DNA of 64,000 bases from an uncultured Chloroflexia bacterium (GCA_963722105.1 CAVRKQ010000004.1:196335-260334), one strand, 5' to 3'. Positions 51,300 through 64,000 are shown, counted from the first letter of the stretch. The notes: generated by a model from the sequence alone, not told the origin. Numbers and translations: made by a program.

Positions 51300-51535
51300 T
51301 CGGACTTCTCCTGGCCCGCCGACTCGGCGGGCGCGCCCTTGGCCGTGCCGGCGCCGGTCTCATCCACGGAGACGAGGAAGCGGACCTGGCGGACCATGCC
51401 CCGGGTCGCGTCGTTGTCGACGATCTCGACCGAGGACCCGATGCCGTGCAGCCCGAGCGCCTTGAGGGTCGCCCGGTTGCGGGCGATGTGGCTGATCGAG
51501 CTCTTGATCTGGGTGACGCGCAGCTTACCGGGCAT
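51296..51535 (-). CDS. rpmD: 50S ribosomal protein L30
   Basis: [20 protein letters not shown]. Confidence 0.95.
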   Translation of the reverse strand: MPGKLRVTQIKSSISHIARNRATLKALGLHGIGSSVEIVDNDATRGMVRQVRFLVSVDETGAGTAKGAPAESAGQEKSE

Positions 51536-52059
51536 CGGCGCCCTCCGCGGTCGGCTGGCCGGGGATGTGGAGCCGGACCGGGACGCCGCGGCGGGCGCTC
51601 AGGTCGGCGGCGGAGCGAAGGCTCCGAAGCCCTTCGAGCGTGGCGCGGGTCACGTTGACCGGGTTGGTCGAGCCGTAGACCTTGGTGAGAATGTCGCGGA
51701 TGCCCGGCGGCCTCGACGACGGCGCGCACAGAGCCGCCGGCGATGACGCCGGTGCCCTGGCTGGCGGGCTTCAGGAGCACGTTGCTCGCCGAGAAGACCG
51801 TTCGGACCTCGTGCGGGATCGTCGTGCCGACCATCGGGATCTTGATCAGGTTCTTCTTGGCATCCTCGACGCCCTTGCGGATCGCCTCGGGAACCTCGCC
51901 GGCCTTGCCGAGCCCGACGCCAACGTGGCCCGCGCCGTCCCCGACGACGATCATCGCGCTGAAGCTGAAGCGCCGGCCGCCCTTGACGACCTTCGCGACG
52001 CGGTTGATCTGGACGACACGCTCCTCGAGCGTGAGCTTGTTGGCGTCAATTCGTGGCAC
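51525..52059 (-). CDS. rpsE: 30S ribosomal protein S5 (frameshift near 51705)
   Basis: [30 protein letters not shown] after the shift. Confidence 0.96.
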
Positions 52060-52068
52060 GTCAGCTCC

Positions 52069-52431
52069 TCAGAAATCCAGGCCGGCTTCGCGAGCCGCGT
52101 CCGCAAGGGACTTGATGCGACCGTGGTACCGGAACCCGGCGCGGTCGAAGACGACCTGGCCGACCCCGGCAGCCTTCGCCCGCTCGGCCACGAGGCGACC
52201 GACGACGGCCGCATCGGCCGACTTGGTGCCGGTCGCGGACCGGAGCTCGGGCTCCAGCGACGAGGCCGCGGCGAGCGTCCGCCCGGACGCGTCGTCGATG
52301 ACCTGGGCGTAGATCTGGTTCAGGCTGCGGTACACGGCCAGCCGTGGGCGTGCCGCGTCGCCCGCCAGTCGAAGGCGCAGGCGCAGGTGGCGCTTCTGGC
52401 GAGCCGCACCGCGGCTGATGGTTGCGGTCAT
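52069..52431 (-). CDS. rplR: 50S ribosomal protein L18
   Basis: [33 protein letters not shown]. Confidence 0.97.
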   Translation of the reverse strand: MTATISRGAARQKRHLRLRLRLAGDAARPRLAVYRSLNQIYAQVIDDASGRTLAAASSLEPELRSATGTKSADAAVVGRLVAERAKAAGVGQVVFDRAGFRYHGRIKSLADAAREAGLDF

Positions 52432-52462
52432 TCGATGGAACCTCGGTCTCTCGTCCGGCGGG

Positions 52463-53014
52463 CTACTTCTTGCCGCCGATCTTGCCGGCCTTGCCGGCCT
52501 TGCGGCGGATCTGCTCGCCCGCGTAGCGGACGCCCTTGCCCTTGTACGGCTCGGGCTTGCGGGTCGAGCGAACCCGTGCGGCGATCTCGCCGACGAGCTC
52601 CTTGTCGATCCCGACCACGGCCAGCTTCGTGGGGTTCTCCACCTCGAAGCTGATGCCCTGGGGCGGATCGATCTCGATCGGGTGGCTGTAGCCCAGGTTG
52701 AGCTGGAGCTTGCGCCCGACGAGCGCTGCACGATACCCGACGCCGGTGATCTCGAGCGGCTTGCGGTAGCCGTCCGTCACGCCGATCACCATGTTGTTCA
52801 CGAGGGTCCGCGTCAGTCCGTGGAGCTGCTTGTGGGTCTTGGCCTCCGATGGGCGCGTCACGACGATCGAGTCGCCATCGCGGGCGACGCCGATCTCGGG
52901 ATGCAGCTCGCGCGAGAGGCTGCCCTTGGGGCCCTTGACCGTGACGTTCCGGCCGTCGATGGCGACATCGACCCCGGAAGGCACGGCGATGGGCAGGCGT
53001 CCGATTCGAGACAT
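52463..53014 (-). CDS. rplF: 50S ribosomal protein L6
   Basis: [20 protein letters not shown]. Confidence 0.98.
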   Translation of the reverse strand: MSRIGRLPIAVPSGVDVAIDGRNVTVKGPKGSLSRELHPEIGVARDGDSIVVTRPSEAKTHKQLHGLTRTLVNNMVIGVTDGYRKPLEITGVGYRAALVGRKLQLNLGYSHPIEIDPPQGISFEVENPTKLAVVGIDKELVGEIAARVRSTRKPEPYKGKGVRYAGEQIRRKAGKAGKIGGKK

Positions 53015-53019
53015 CGCGG

Positions 53020-53418
53020 CTACCAGACGTACGCCAGGACTTCGCCGCCGAGCTGGGCCTTGCGGGCCTGCGCGCCGGTCATGATCCCCTGGCTCGTGCT
53101 GACGATGACCACCCCGAGGCCGCCAAGGACCCGCGGGATGTCCGTCTTGGATGCGTAGACCCGGAGGCCGGGCTTGCTGACGCGCTTGAGCCCGGACACG
53201 ACCGGCACCTTGCCGTCGACGTAGCGCAGGGTCAGCTTGAGGTTCTTGCTCGGCCCGGCCTGCTCCTCGGCGACCTCGGCGATGAAGCCCTCGGCCTTGA
53301 GGATGCGGGCGATCTCGCGCTTGGTGCGCGAAGCCGGCACGACCACCTCGGTGTGGCGCGCTCGGGAGGCGTTGCGGACACGGGTCAGCATGTCCGCGAT
53401 GGGATCGGAGATATTCAC
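53020..53418 (-). CDS. rpsH: 30S ribosomal protein S8
   Basis: [25 protein letters not shown]. Confidence 0.98.
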   Translation of the reverse strand: MNISDPIADMLTRVRNASRARHTEVVVPASRTKREIARILKAEGFIAEVAEEQAGPSKNLKLTLRYVDGKVPVVSGLKRVSKPGLRVYASKTDIPRVLGGLGVVIVSTSQGIMTGAQARKAQLGGEVLAYVW

Positions 53419-53425
53419 GTGGGAC

Positions 53426-53611
53426 CTACCAGCTCGACTTGGTGACGCCCGGCAGCTCGCCCTGGAGGGCGCGCTCCCGGAAACAGATTCGGCAGAGCGC
53501 GAACCGGCGCATGAAGGCGCGCGGTCGGCCGCAGACGAAGCAGCGGTGGTATCCCCGGACCCCGAACTTCGGGGTCCGACCTGCCTTGGCGATGAGTGAC
53601 TTCTTTGCCAT
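53426..53611 (-). CDS. rpsN: 30S ribosomal protein S14 type Z
   Basis: RCFVCGRP...LCRICFR...PGVTKSSW. Confidence 0.98.
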   Translation of the reverse strand: MAKKSLIAKAGRTPKFGVRGYHRCFVCGRPRAFMRRFALCRICFRERALQGELPGVTKSSW

Positions 53612-53629
53612 TCGCTTTCCCTCCCCCGC

Positions 53630-54508
53630 CTACGAGGCGAAGGGCATGCCGAGGAGCTCGAGCAGACGCTTCGACTCCTCGTCGGACTTCGCCGTCGTCA
53701 CGATGCTGATCTCCAGCCCGCGGAGACGGTCCACCTTGTCGTAGTCGATCTCGGGGAACGCGATCTGCTCGCGCAGCCCGAGGGTGTAGTTGCCACGGCC
53801 GTCGAACGACCGGCTCGGGATGCCGCGGAAGTCGCGGATGCGGGGCAGCGTGAGCAGCGTCAGCCGCTCCAGGAAGTCCCACATGCGCTCGCCGCGGAGC
53901 GTGACCTTGAGCCCGATCGGGTTGCCGGTCCGGATGCGGAACTGGGCGATCGATCGGCGGGCCTTCATGACGATCGGCTTCTGGCCGGTGATCGTCGTGA
54001 GGTCGCCCGAGGCGGCATCGATGGCCTTGGCGTTGGTGAGCGCCTCGCCGATGCCGACGTTGACGACGATCTTGGCGAGGCGCGGCACCTGGTTGGGATT
54101 CGCGTACTCGAACTGCTTGACCATCGCCGGGACCACGTCGCTCCGGTACTTGAGCTGGAGGCCGCGCGGGCCTGCCGGGCGCTCGGACGCGGGGACGCCT
54201 TCGGGCTCGGCCTCGCGCCGCCGCTCGCGCCTGGGCGCGGCTTCCGGCTCGGGGTCGGCGGCCGGCTCGGCCGCGACCTCGGCTTCCGGCTCCGACGTGG
54301 TCTCGGCGGCTTCGGCGGCATCCGCGGCTTCCACGGCTGGCGCCGCTGCCGCGCTCTCGGCCGGGCTGTCGGTGGCGGCCACCGGATCCGCGGCCGACTC
54401 GGCGGACTCGGCGGACGTGTCCGCGGCGGCCTGCGGCTCGTCCATCGTCTCGTCCTCGACCACGTCGGTCTCGACCGCCTTGGTCTCGGGCGTCATCTGG
54501 TCGGTCAT
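53630..54508 (-). CDS. rplE: 50S ribosomal protein L5 with ~110-aa acidic N-terminal extension
   Basis: Core [37 protein letters not shown]. Confidence 0.97.
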   Translation of the reverse strand: MTDQMTPETKAVETDVVEDETMDEPQAAADTSAESAESAADPVAATDSPAESAAAAPAVEAADAAEAAETTSEPEAEVAAEPAADPEPEAAPRRERRREAEPEGVPASERPAGPRGLQLKYRSDVVPAMVKQFEYANPNQVPRLAKIVVNVGIGEALTNAKAIDAASGDLTTITGQKPIVMKARRSIAQFRIRTGNPIGLKVTLRGERMWDFLERLTLLTLPRIRDFRGIPSRSFDGRGNYTLGLREQIAFPEIDYDKVDRLRGLEISIVTTAKSDEESKRLLELLGMPFAS

Positions 54509-54966
54509 GCGGTCACCTCGATCGCCTTGCCGCAGTGGCTGCAGACGCGCACCCGGCGACCATCCTCGAGGACGGTGTGGCGGATCCGGGTCGGCTCCTT
54601 GCAGCTCGGGCAGACGAGCATGACCTTGGAGACGTCCAGCGGCTTGGCGATGTCGAGGATCCCGCCCTGCTGGACCTTCGGGGCACGGTCGGTCCGGCCC
54701 TGGGTCTGGCGGGGCTTGGTGTGGCGCTTCGCGATGTTGAGGCCCTCGACGACGACCGCAACCGGCCGGCTCGACGCCGGCTTCCAGTAGCCACGACGGG
54801 CCTGGCGGCCGCTGTCCGTGCCGGAGCCGACCACGCGCTGGGCCGCGGCCAGGTTCGTGATCACGCGCTCGACCACGCCCTGCTTCCCGGCGTCCTTGCC
54901 GGACAGCACGAGGACGGTGTCGCCCTTGCGGATCTCGGGGACCCGCGTTCGCCCGGTCGCCATCAC
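54505..54966 (-). CDS. rplX: 50S ribosomal protein L24 with insertion and CxxC pairs
   Basis: [34 protein letters not shown]...CSHC. Confidence 0.96.
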   Translation of the reverse strand: MMATGRTRVPEIRKGDTVLVLSGKDAGKQGVVERVITNLAAAQRVVGSGTDSGRQARRGYWKPASSRPVAVVVEGLNIAKRHTKPRQTQGRTDRAPKVQQGGILDIAKPLDVSKVMLVCPSCKEPTRIRHTVLEDGRRVRVCSHCGKAIEVTA

Positions 54967-55331
54967 AGCACCTCCGGGGCGAGGGACACGATCTTCATGT
55001 AGTTGCGGTCGCGGAGCTCCCGCGCCACCGGACCGAAGATCCGGGTCCCGCGCGGGTTGCCCTGGTTGTTGATCAGCACGGCGGCGTTCTCGTCAAAGCG
55101 GATGTAGCTGCCATCGGGGCGGCCGTATTCCTTGGCGGTGCGGACGATGACCGCCTGCACGACGTCGCCCTTCTTCACGGCGGCATTCGGGATCGCCGTC
55201 TTGACGCTCGCCACGATGACGTCGCCGATCCCGGCGGTCGTCTTCGTCGAGCGCCCCATCACCCGGATGCACTGAATGGTGCGTGCACCCGTGTTGTCGG
55301 CGACCTTGAGCCGGGTCTGGGCCTGGATCAT
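54963..55331 (-). CDS. rplN: 50S ribosomal protein L14
   Basis: [23 protein letters not shown]. Confidence 0.98.
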   Translation of the reverse strand: MIQAQTRLKVADNTGARTIQCIRVMGRSTKTTAGIGDVIVASVKTAIPNAAVKKGDVVQAVIVRTAKEYGRPDGSYIRFDENAAVLINNQGNPRGTRIFGPVARELRDRNYMKIVSLAPEVL

Positions 55332-55821
55332 GCCTGCGCGTCCTTCGCCGAAGCGGCATCGTCAGCCTCGACCTCGGCGCGCTCGGCGTCGGCGGTCGCG
55401 GCGTCCTCCGCCGCTGCGGTCTCGTCGGCGGCGGCCTCGGCGTCCGCGTCGTGGCGGCCACGACCCGGGTGGGCTGCGGAGTGGATCGCCTCGGAGACGG
55501 CGTCCTCCTCGGTCACGAGGTCGGCCCCGCCATGGTCACCGGCCCGCTGGACGACCTCGACGAGGCGCCAGCGCTTGGTGGCCGAGAGCGGTCGCGACTC
55601 CTCGATGAGGACGGTGTCGCCGACGTGGGCGTCGTTGGTCTCATCGTGGGCCTTGAACTTCGTCGTCAGCCGGATGACGCGCTTGTACAGCCGGTGGCGG
55701 GTGAGCCGCTCGACGGACACGACGATCGTCTTGTCCATCTTGTCGCTCACCACGCGCCCGACCTTGGTCTTGCGCTGGCCGCGGGCGGCGGTGTGCCCGC
55801 GGTCGGTTGGGTCATGGCCAT
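55328..55821 (-). CDS. rpsQ: 30S ribosomal protein S17 with acidic C-terminal extension (start needs a frameshift near 55800)
   Basis: [28 protein letters not shown]. Confidence 0.94.
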
Positions 55822-55824
55822 CGG

Positions 55825-56112
55825 TTACGCGCCCTTTCCGGTGCTGCTGGAGCGGCTCTTGCGCGTCGCGCGGGCCGGCTTCTTCTTCGGCGTCGCGGGC
55901 GCCTTCGTCGCTCGGACCAGGCCGAGGCCGCGCTCGCGCTGGACCGTGAGGATCCGCGCGATCTGGTGCCGCGTCTCGGGAATGCTGCTGGTGTCGTTGA
56001 GCTGGCGGGTCGAAAGCGCGAAGCGCGCGCTCCAGAGGTCCTGCTTGGCCTGCTTGAGGGCGTCGTCGAGCTCCTTGTCGGACATCTCGCGAACCTTGGC
56101 GATGTCGGTCAT
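55825..56112 (-). CDS. rpmC: 50S ribosomal protein L29 with basic tail
   Basis: REMSDKEL...[12 protein letters not shown]. Confidence 0.95.
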   Translation of the reverse strand: MTDIAKVREMSDKELDDALKQAKQDLWSARFALSTRQLNDTSSIPETRHQIARILTVQRERGLGLVRATKAPATPKKKPARATRKSRSSSTGKGA

Positions 56113-56540
56113 CGCTCGCCTCCCTCGACGGCGCCTTCGCGGGCCACGACCTTGGTCTGGACCGGCAGCTTGTGGCTGGCGAGGCGCATCGCCTCGGTCG
56201 CCTCCTCATGGCCGACGCCGGCCATCTCGAACAGGATCCGGCCCGGCTTCACGACCGCGACCCAGTGGTCGGGGGCGCCCTTGCCGGAGCCCATGCGGGT
56301 CTCGGCCGGCTTCTTGGTGACGGGCTTGTCCGGGAAGACCCGGATCCAGATCTTGCCGCCGCGCTTGACCGAGCGGGTCATCGCGCGCCGGGCGGCCTCG
56401 ATCTGCCGGCTGGTGATCCAGGCCGGTTCCATCGTCGCGAGCCCGTAGTCGCCGAAGGCGACGTAGTGGCCGCCCTTGGCCTGCCCGGACATCCGGCCGC
56501 GCATGACCTTGCGGTGCTTGACCCTCTTCGGGAGGAGCAT
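56109..56540 (-). CDS. rplP: 50S ribosomal protein L16
   Basis: [20 protein letters not shown]. Confidence 0.98.
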   Translation of the reverse strand: MLLPKRVKHRKVMRGRMSGQAKGGHYVAFGDYGLATMEPAWITSRQIEAARRAMTRSVKRGGKIWIRVFPDKPVTKKPAETRMGSGKGAPDHWVAVVKPGRILFEMAGVGHEEATEAMRLASHKLPVQTKVVAREGAVEGGER

Positions 56541-56542
56541 CG

Positions 56543-57223
56543 TCAGGCTCCCTGCCCGGCGGCGGCGGGAGCGACGGCGTCGCGCGCCAGGGTCCGGGTC
56601 GGCTGGACGTCGCCGCGGTAGATCCAGACCTTGACGCCGATCCGGCCGTAGGTCGTGTGGGCGTGGACCTGGCCGTAGCTGATGTCGGCGCGGAGCGTGC
56701 CGAGCGGGATGCGACCCTCCCGGTCCCACTCGCGGCGGCTCATCTCGGCGCCACCGAGGCGGCCGGAGACCATGATCTTCACGCCCTTGGCGCCGGCCTT
56801 CATCGACCGCTGGATGGACTGCTTCATCGCCTTCTTGAAAGCGATGCGGCGGCTCAGCTGCTGGCTGATGTTCGTCGCGACGAGGTACGCGTCGAGCTCC
56901 GGCTGGCGGATCTCCTTGATCTCCAGCTTGACCTTGCGCTTCGTGAGCGCGCCGATCTGCTGGCGCAGGATCTCGACGTTCTGGCCGCCCTTGCCGATGA
57001 CGATGCCCGGCTTGGCGGTGTGGACGGTCACGGTGACCTGGCCGAAGTTGCGCTCGATCTCGAGACCGCTGACGCTCGCGTTGGCGAGGCGCTTCTCCAC
57101 GAGCTGGCGGATCGAGATGTCCTCCTTGAGGAGGGCCGTGTACTCCTTGTCGTGGTACCACTTCGCGGTCCACGTGCGCGTCACCCCGAGTCGGAACCCG
57201 TACGGGTGGACCTTGTGTCCCAT
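56543..57223 (-). CDS. rpsC: 30S ribosomal protein S3
   Basis: [33 protein letters not shown]. Confidence 0.98.
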   Translation of the reverse strand: MGHKVHPYGFRLGVTRTWTAKWYHDKEYTALLKEDISIRQLVEKRLANASVSGLEIERNFGQVTVTVHTAKPGIVIGKGGQNVEILRQQIGALTKRKVKLEIKEIRQPELDAYLVATNISQQLSRRIAFKKAMKQSIQRSMKAGAKGVKIMVSGRLGGAEMSRREWDREGRIPLGTLRADISYGQVHAHTTYGRIGVKVWIYRGDVQPTRTLARDAVAPAAAGQGA

Positions 57224-57227
57224 GCTC

Positions 57228-57572
57228 TCAGCCCTCCCGGTCGCCGACGGTGACGGTGATGTGGGTGACGCCCTTGTGGATCGGGAATGCCCGACCCTGG
57301 GCGCGCGGCCGCCAGCGCTTGATCGTGGGGCCCTTATCAGCGCGCGCGTCGAGCACGACGAGCTCGTCCGCGGCGAGGTTGTGGTTGTTCTCGGCGTTCG
57401 CCGCCGCGCTCTTCAGCACCCCGGCGACGTCCTTGGCGGCGTGCTGGGGCATGAAGCGGAGCAGGGCGGTCGCCTCCTCCACGGAACGACCCCGGATCGC
57501 CTCGGTCACGAGGCGGGCCTTGCGGGTCGATCCGCGGACGTACTTGGCGGTCGCTGAAACTTTCATCGCCAT
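57228..57572 (-). CDS. rplV: 50S ribosomal protein L22
   Basis: [31 protein letters not shown]. Confidence 0.97.
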   Translation of the reverse strand: MAMKVSATAKYVRGSTRKARLVTEAIRGRSVEEATALLRFMPQHAAKDVAGVLKSAAANAENNHNLAADELVVLDARADKGPTIKRWRPRAQGRAFPIHKGVTHITVTVGDREG

Positions 57573-57574
57573 GC

Positions 57575-57859
57575 CTACTTCGGCGCCGTGGTGCGGTCGG
57601 TGCTCTCGCCGTGCCCGCGGTAGGTGCGGGTCGGCGCGAACTCGCCGAGACGGTGGCCGACCATGTTCTCGGTCACGTACACCGGCACGTGCTTGCGGCC
57701 GTTGTAGACGGCGACCGTGTGGCCGATGAACGACGGGAAGATCACGGACGCGCGTGACCACGTCTTGACGACCTTCTTCTCGCTCTTCTTGTTCATCTGC
57801 TCGATCCGGCCGAGCAGGCGGGGCTCGATGAACGGGCCCTTCTTGATGGATCTGGACAT
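57575..57859 (-). CDS. rpsS: 30S ribosomal protein S19
   Basis: [21 protein letters not shown]. Confidence 0.98.
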   Translation of the reverse strand: MSRSIKKGPFIEPRLLGRIEQMNKKSEKKVVKTWSRASVIFPSFIGHTVAVYNGRKHVPVYVTENMVGHRLGEFAPTRTYRGHGESTDRTTAPK

Positions 57860-57874
57860 GTGGCTGCCTCCCCG

Positions 57875-58700
57875 CTACTTCCGGCGCCGCGAGCGGACGA
57901 TCAGTCCGCCGGTCCGCGCGCGCCGGGTGCGGTAGCCCATGGCGGGCTTGCCCCACGGCGTCTTCGGGGGCATGCCCGTCGGGGACTTGCCCTCGCCGCC
58001 GCCGTGGGGATGGTCGCGCGGGTTCATGACGACTCCCCGGACCTCCGGTCGCTGGCCCATGTGGCGGGCGCGACCGGCCTTGCCGAGGTTCTGGTTCTCG
58101 TGATCGAGGTTGCCGACCTGGCCGACCGTGGCCATGCAGCGGATGCTGATCCGGCGGACCTCGCCCGACGGCAGGCGGACCTGGGCCATCTCGCCCTCCT
58201 TGGCCAGGAGCTGGGCCGCGGTGCCCGCAGAGCGGACGATCTGGCCGCCCTTGCCCGGGATGAGCTCGATGTTGTGGATCGTCGTGCCGAGCGGGATGTG
58301 CGAGATCGGGAGGGCAGTTGCCGACGCGCGCCTCCGCGCCGATGCCGGAGACCACGACGTCACCGACCTTCAGGCCGTGCGGGAGGAGCATGTAGCGCTT
58401 CTCGCCGTCGCGGTAGTGCAGCAGGCCGATGCGAGCGGAGCGGTTCGGGTCGTACTCGACCGTCGCGATCCGCGCCGGCACGCCGTGCTTGTCGCGCTTG
58501 AAGTCGATGCGCCGGTAGTGGGTCTTCTCGCCGCCGCCGCGATGGCGCACGGTGAGGCGGCCCTGGTTGTTCCGGCCCGAGCCGCGCTTCTGCGGCTCGA
58601 GGAGCGGCTTGTAGGGCTCGGTGGTCGTGATCTCCTCGAACGTCGAGCGGGTCATCCCGCGACGGCCGGGCGAGGTGGGCTTGTAGCTGCGCAGCGGCAT
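57875..58700 (-). CDS. rplB: 50S ribosomal protein L2 (frameshift near 58320)
   Basis: [32 protein letters not shown]. Confidence 0.97.
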
Positions 58701-58702
58701 GC

Positions 58703-59019
58703 CTACACCCCCTCGAAGAACTGGATCTTCTGGCCGGCGGCCAGGGTCACGATGGCCTTGCGCCAGGGCGAGGTCGTGGCCGCTGGATCCGCCCGCGGCG
58801 GGTGCCGCGCGACTTCTCCTTGGCCTTCGTCGTCAGGACGTTGACCGCGACGACGCTGACCTTGTCGGCCGCGTACAGCTCCTCGATCGCCGCCTTGATC
58901 TGGATCTTGTTGGCGTCGGGGTGGACGCGGAACGTGTAGCGCCCGCGCGTCGACTGGTCGATCGACTTCTCGGACACGACCGGGCGCAGGATGATCTCGG
59001 GCGCGGTGAGCGCGCTCAC
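58703..59019 (-). CDS. rplW: 50S ribosomal protein L23 (frameshift near 58790)
   Basis: [27 protein letters not shown] after the shift. Confidence 0.95.
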
Positions 59020-59641
59020 AGGTAGACCTCCTCCATCCGGGCGAGCGCCGGCTGCTCGATCACGACGGTGTCGGCGTTGAGGATGTCGACGACGTTGAGG
59101 GAGTCCGCGAGGATCACCACGACCGTCGGCAGGTTGCGGGCGGACAGCCGGAGCGTCTCGTCGGAGGCGGGCGCGACGACCAGCACCCGGCCGGTCGCGT
59201 TCAGCGCGCTGAGGACGCCCACGACCGACGGCGGTCTTGATGGCGTCGAGCCCGAAGCTGTCGATCACGCGGATCGCCTCGTCGCCGAGCTTGGCGGTGA
59301 GGGCGCCTCGGAGCGCGAGCCGCTTCATCTTGCGGGGCAGCTTCTGCTCGTACGAGCGCGGGATGCGGCCCGAACACGGCGCCGCCGCCGCGGTAGTGCG
59401 GTGCGGTGCGCGTGCCCTGGCGGGCGCGGCCGGTGCCCTTCTGGCGGTACGGCTTCTTGCCGCCGCCGCGGACCTCGCCGCGGGTCTTGGTGTCGGCGGT
59501 GCCGGTTCGGCGGCCGGCAAGCTGGGCCGTGACGACCTGGTGCAGCACGGCCTCGTTCACGGGCGCGCTGAAGAGGTCGTCGTGCAGCTCGACGCTGCCG
59601 AGGTTCTTGCCCGTCCGGTCGAAGAGGGTGGTCGATGCCAT
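59016..59641 (-). CDS. rplD: 50S ribosomal protein L4 (frameshifts near 59370 and 59230)
   Basis: [40 protein letters not shown]. Confidence 0.96.
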
Positions 59642-60252
59642 CACTGGGCCTTCTTGACGAGGATCAGGCTGCCGCGAGCCCCGGGCAGGCTGCCCTTGAC
59701 CATGAGCAGGTTCTTCTCGCCGTCGGCGCGGACGACCTTGACCTTCTTGGTGGTCACCTGCTCGTCGCCCATGTGGCCGGCCATCTTCACGCCCTTGTAG
59801 ACGCGACCCGGCGTGGTGCCGGGGCCGATCGAGCCGGGCTCGCGGTGATGGTCGGAGCCGTGGGTCTTGGGGCCGCGATGGAAGTTGTGGCGCTTGATGT
59901 GGCCCGCGAAGCCCTTGCCCTTCGAGACGCCCGTCACGTCGACGAGGTCGCCCTCGGCGAACACGTCGCCGATCGCGAGGGTCTGCCCGACTTCGTAGGC
60001 CGAGACGTCCTCGACGCGGAACTCGCGCAGCGTGCCGAGGCTCGGCAGGTCGCCGAGCTGGCCCGCGAGGGGCTTGGTGAGCTTCTTCTTCTCGTCCGTG
60101 CCGAGCTGCACGGCGGTGTAGCCGTCGCGCTCGGAGGTGCGGACGCGGGTCACCGTGTTCGGGACGACCTCGAGCACCGAAACGGCAACCATCGTCCCGT
60201 CGGGCTGGAACAGCTGCGTCATGCCGCGCTTTCGCCCGATCAGGCCGATCAT
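59641..60252 (-). CDS. rplC: 50S ribosomal protein L3
   Basis: [28 protein letters not shown]. Confidence 0.98.
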   Translation of the reverse strand: MIGLIGRKRGMTQLFQPDGTMVAVSVLEVVPNTVTRVRTSERDGYTAVQLGTDEKKKLTKPLAGQLGDLPSLGTLREFRVEDVSAYEVGQTLAIGDVFAEGDLVDVTGVSKGKGFAGHIKRHNFHRGPKTHGSDHHREPGSIGPGTTPGRVYKGVKMAGHMGDEQVTTKKVKVVRADGEKNLLMVKGSLPGARGSLILVKKAQ

Positions 60253-60389
60253 CGGACGCCGCCGATCCGGCCAATGCCCGCGTTGGCCCCTGCGCGCGTT
60301 CGCTCACGCACGTTCAACGTGCGCTCGCTCTCGTGCTCGGCGCCGCCTTGGCCTTGGCTCGGCTGGGCGGCGTTGACGTGACTCGTCAT
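60249..60389 (-). CDS. Putative 46-aa ORF bridging rpsJ and rplC
   Basis: [46 protein letters not shown]; TGATG overlap with the rpsJ stop and ATGA overlap with the rplC start. Confidence 0.45.
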   Translation of the reverse strand: MTSHVNAAQPSQGQGGAEHESERTLNVRERTRAGANAGIGRIGGVR

Positions 60390-60697
60390 CACATCTTGAT
60401 CTCGATGTCGACGCCCGCGGGAAGCGAGAGTCGCATCAGGGCGTCAACGGTCTTCGATGAGGGGTCGAGGATGTCGACGAGCCGCTTGTGGGTGCGGATC
60501 TCGAACTGCTCCCGGCTGTCCTTGTCGATGAACGGCGAGCGCAGGACCGTGAACTTCTCGATCCGGGTGGGCAGGGGCACGGGCCCGACGATGTCGGCAC
60601 CCGTGCGCTGCGCCGTCTCGACGATCTGCGCCGCCGACTGATCGAGCAGCCGGTGGTCGTAGGCCTTGAGACGGATCCGGATTCGCTGCTTGGCCAT
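60389..60697 (-). CDS. rpsJ: 30S ribosomal protein S10
   Basis: [28 protein letters not shown]. Confidence 0.98.
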   Translation of the reverse strand: MAKQRIRIRLKAYDHRLLDQSAAQIVETAQRTGADIVGPVPLPTRIEKFTVLRSPFIDKDSREQFEIRTHKRLVDILDPSSKTVDALMRLSLPAGVDIEIKM

Positions 60698-60702
60698 CTG
60701 CC

Positions 60703-61900
<1,198 letters not shown>

Positions 61901-61934
61901 CTCGGCTCTCTCTCCCCTTCTCCGACCGTGGTTG

Positions 61935-64000
61935 CTAGCTGACTCGGGACTTGGCGACGAGCTCCAGAGCGAGATTGCTCGGGACCTCTGCGTAATGTGA
62001 AAGCTCCATCGAATAGCTGGCCCGGCCCTGGGTCATCGACCGCAGCTCCGTGGCGTAGCCGAACATCTCGGCGAGCGGGACCGCGGCGCGCACGACCGTC
62101 GTGGAGCCACGGTTCTCCGTGCCCTCGAGCTGGCCGCGGCGAGCACTGAGGTCGCCGATGACGTCGCCCATGAACTGGTCCGGCATCGTGACCTCGACCC
62201 GCATCATGGGCTCGAGGACGACCGGATTGGCCTTCGCGACGGCATCCTTGATGGCCATCGAGGCGGCGATCTTGAACGCCATCTCCGAGGAGTCGACCTC
62301 GTGGTACGACCCGTCGTGGACGGTGGCCTTCACGTCGACCATCGGGTAGCCGGCGTAGATGCCGGTCTCGAGGGCCTCCTTGATGCCCATCTGGACGGCC
62401 CGCATGAACTCGCGCGGGATCGCGCCGCCGACGATCTTGTCGACGAACTCGAAGCCGGCGCCGTTCTCGTTGGGCTCGGCGGTGAGCTCGACGTGGCCGA
62501 ACTGGCCCTTGCCGCCGGTCTGGCGCTTGAACAGGCCCTTGCCCTCGGCCGGGCGGCGGATCGTCTCGCGGTACGAGACCTGGGGCCGGCCGACGTTCGC
62601 GGCGACCTTGAACTCGCGGACCATGCGGTCGACGATGACGTCGAGGTGCAGCTCGCCCATGCCGGCGATGAGGGTCTCGCCGCTCTCCTGGTCCGTGTGG
62701 ACCCGGAAGGTCGGATCCTCCTCGGCCAGGCGCTGGAGGGCGATGCCCATCTTGTCCTGGTCGGCCTTGGTCTTCGGCTCGACCTTGACCTCGATGACCG
62801 GCTCGGGGAACGAGATCGTCTCGAGCAGGATCGGGTGGTCCGGGTCGCACAGGGTGTCGCCGGTGTAGGACTCCTTGAGGCCGACGATCGCGCCGATGTC
62901 ACCGGCGTAGATCTCGCTGATCTCCTCGCGGTGGTTGGCGTGCATCTCGAGGGCCCGACCGACGCGCTCCTTGCGGCCCTTCGCGCTGTTGAGCACGTAC
63001 GAGCCGGCCTTGAGGGTGCCCGAGTAGACCCGGAAGAACGCCAGGTGCCCGACGAACGGGTCGGTGGCGATCTTGAACACGAGGCCGGAGAGGGGCTCGT
63101 TGTCGTCGACGGTCCGGACCAGCTCCTGGTCCGTCCCCGGCTTGATGCCGATCGTGGGCGGCACGTCGAGCGGCGACGGCAGGAACTCGGTCACCGCGTC
63201 GAGCATCGGCTGGACGCCCTTGTTCTTCAGGGCCGAGCCGGTGAGCACGGGCACGAACTTGGACTGGAGCGTGCCGAGCCGGAGGCCATGGCGGATCTCC
63301 GCCGGCGTCAGCTCCTCGCCCTCGAGGTACTTGTGGGTCAGCGTGTCGTCGGCCTCGGCGACGATGTCGATCATCTTCTGGCGCCAGGTCTCCGCGTCGG
63401 CCCTGAGAGCCTCGGGGATCTCCACGACGTCGATCTTCGATCCGAGGTCGTCGCGGTACAGGATCGCCTTCATCTCGATGAGGTCGATGACCCCCTCGAA
63501 GCGGTCCTCCGCGCCGATCGGCAGCTGGACCGGCACGGGGCGGGCACCCAGGCGGTCGACGATCATGTCGACGCAGCGCCAGAAGTCGGCGCCGGTCCGG
63601 TCGAGCTTGTTGATGAAGCAGATGCGCGGGACGGAGTACTTGTCCGCCTGGCGCCAGACCGTCTCCGACTGCGGCTCGACACCGGCCACGCCGTCGAAGA
63701 CGACGACCGCGCCGTCGAGCACGCGGAGGCTCCGCTCGACCTCGACAGTGAAGTCCACGTGCCCGGGCGTATCGATGATGTTGATCTTGTGGTCGTTCCA
63801 GAAGCAGGTCGTGGCCGCGGCGGTGATGGTGATGCCGCGCTCCTGCTCCTGCGGCATCCAGTCCATCGTCGCAGCGCCCTCGTGGACCTCTCCGAGCTTG
63901 TAGATCTTCTTCGTGTAGAAGAGGATCCGCTCGGTCACGGTCGTCTTGCCCGCGTCGATGTGCGCGATGATCCCGATGTTCCGGGTCTTCGCGAGCGGGA
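61935..64000 (-). CDS. fusA: Elongation factor G (N-terminus beyond the window)
   Basis: [43 protein letters not shown]. Confidence 0.98.
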   Translation of the reverse strand, partial: PLAKTRNIGIIAHIDAGKTTVTERILFYTKKIYKLGEVHEGAATMDWMPQEQERGITITAAATTCFWNDHKINIIDTPGHVDFTVEVERSLRVLDGAVVVFDGVAGVEPQSETVWRQADKYSVPRICFINKLDRTGADFWRCVDMIVDRLGARPVPVQLPIGAEDRFEGVIDLIEMKAILYRDDLGSKIDVVEIPEALRADAETWRQKMIDIVAEADDTLTHKYLEGEELTPAEIRHGLRLGTLQSKFVPVLTGSALKNKGVQPMLDAVTEFLPSPLDVPPTIGIKPGTDQELVRTVDDNEPLSGLVFKIATDPFVGHLAFFRVYSGTLKAGSYVLNSAKGRKERVGRALEMHANHREEISEIYAGDIGAIVGLKESYTGDTLCDPDHPILLETISFPEPVIEVKVEPKTKADQDKMGIALQRLAEEDPTFRVHTDQESGETLIAGMGELHLDVIVDRMVREFKVAANVGRPQVSYRETIRRPAEGKGLFKRQTGGKGQFGHVELTAEPNENGAGFEFVDKIVGGAIPREFMRAVQMGIKEALETGIYAGYPMVDVKATVHDGSYHEVDSSEMAFKIAASMAIKDAVAKANPVVLEPMMRVEVTMPDQFMGDVIGDLSARRGQLEGTENRGSTTVVRAAVPLAEMFGYATELRSMTQGRASYSMELSHYAEVPSNLALELVAKSRVS

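Overview
Very GC-rich bacterial chromosomal segment, almost entirely on the minus strand. Gene content and protein style suggest Chloroflexota, probably Limnocylindria-like (inference only). Right half (42.6-64 kb): the canonical fusA-tuf-S10-spc-alpha-truA-rplM-rpsI ribosomal superoperon. Several r-proteins carry long low-complexity extensions, and an unannotated 46-codon ORF fills the rpsJ-rplC gap exactly. Middle (21.5-42.5 kb): TPR protein, cdaA-cdaR-glmM-glmS-acpS-nnrD-alr, then a three-gene module of unknown function (small protein, degenerate GlmL-like ASKHA protein, hybrid-motif/KOW protein) leading tsaE-tsaB-rimI-tsaD-rsmA-ispE-ridA, then glmU and a CBS/CorC protein. 17-21.5 kb: GGPP synthase, recO, GNAT, hypothetical, glyQS. 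The best candidate for a new system is at 9.6-17 kb: a nicotinate-catabolism-type operon (DUF1185 protein, enamidase, LLM-class oxidoreductase, nicotinate-dehydrogenase-like FAD subunit and fused 2Fe-2S/Mo subunit, SHOCT membrane protein, unannotated 32-aa membrane microprotein). It has no 6-hydroxynicotinate reductase, and a luciferase-like, possibly F420-dependent enzyme sits in its place. Left end: ppdK, fpr, a J-domain protein, ndh, Crp regulator and small ORFs. Many essential genes have single-base frameshifts, most simply read as long-read assembly errors. No rRNA, tRNA, CRISPR array or mobile element was seen. All family calls come from motif recognition by eye; no database searches were run.
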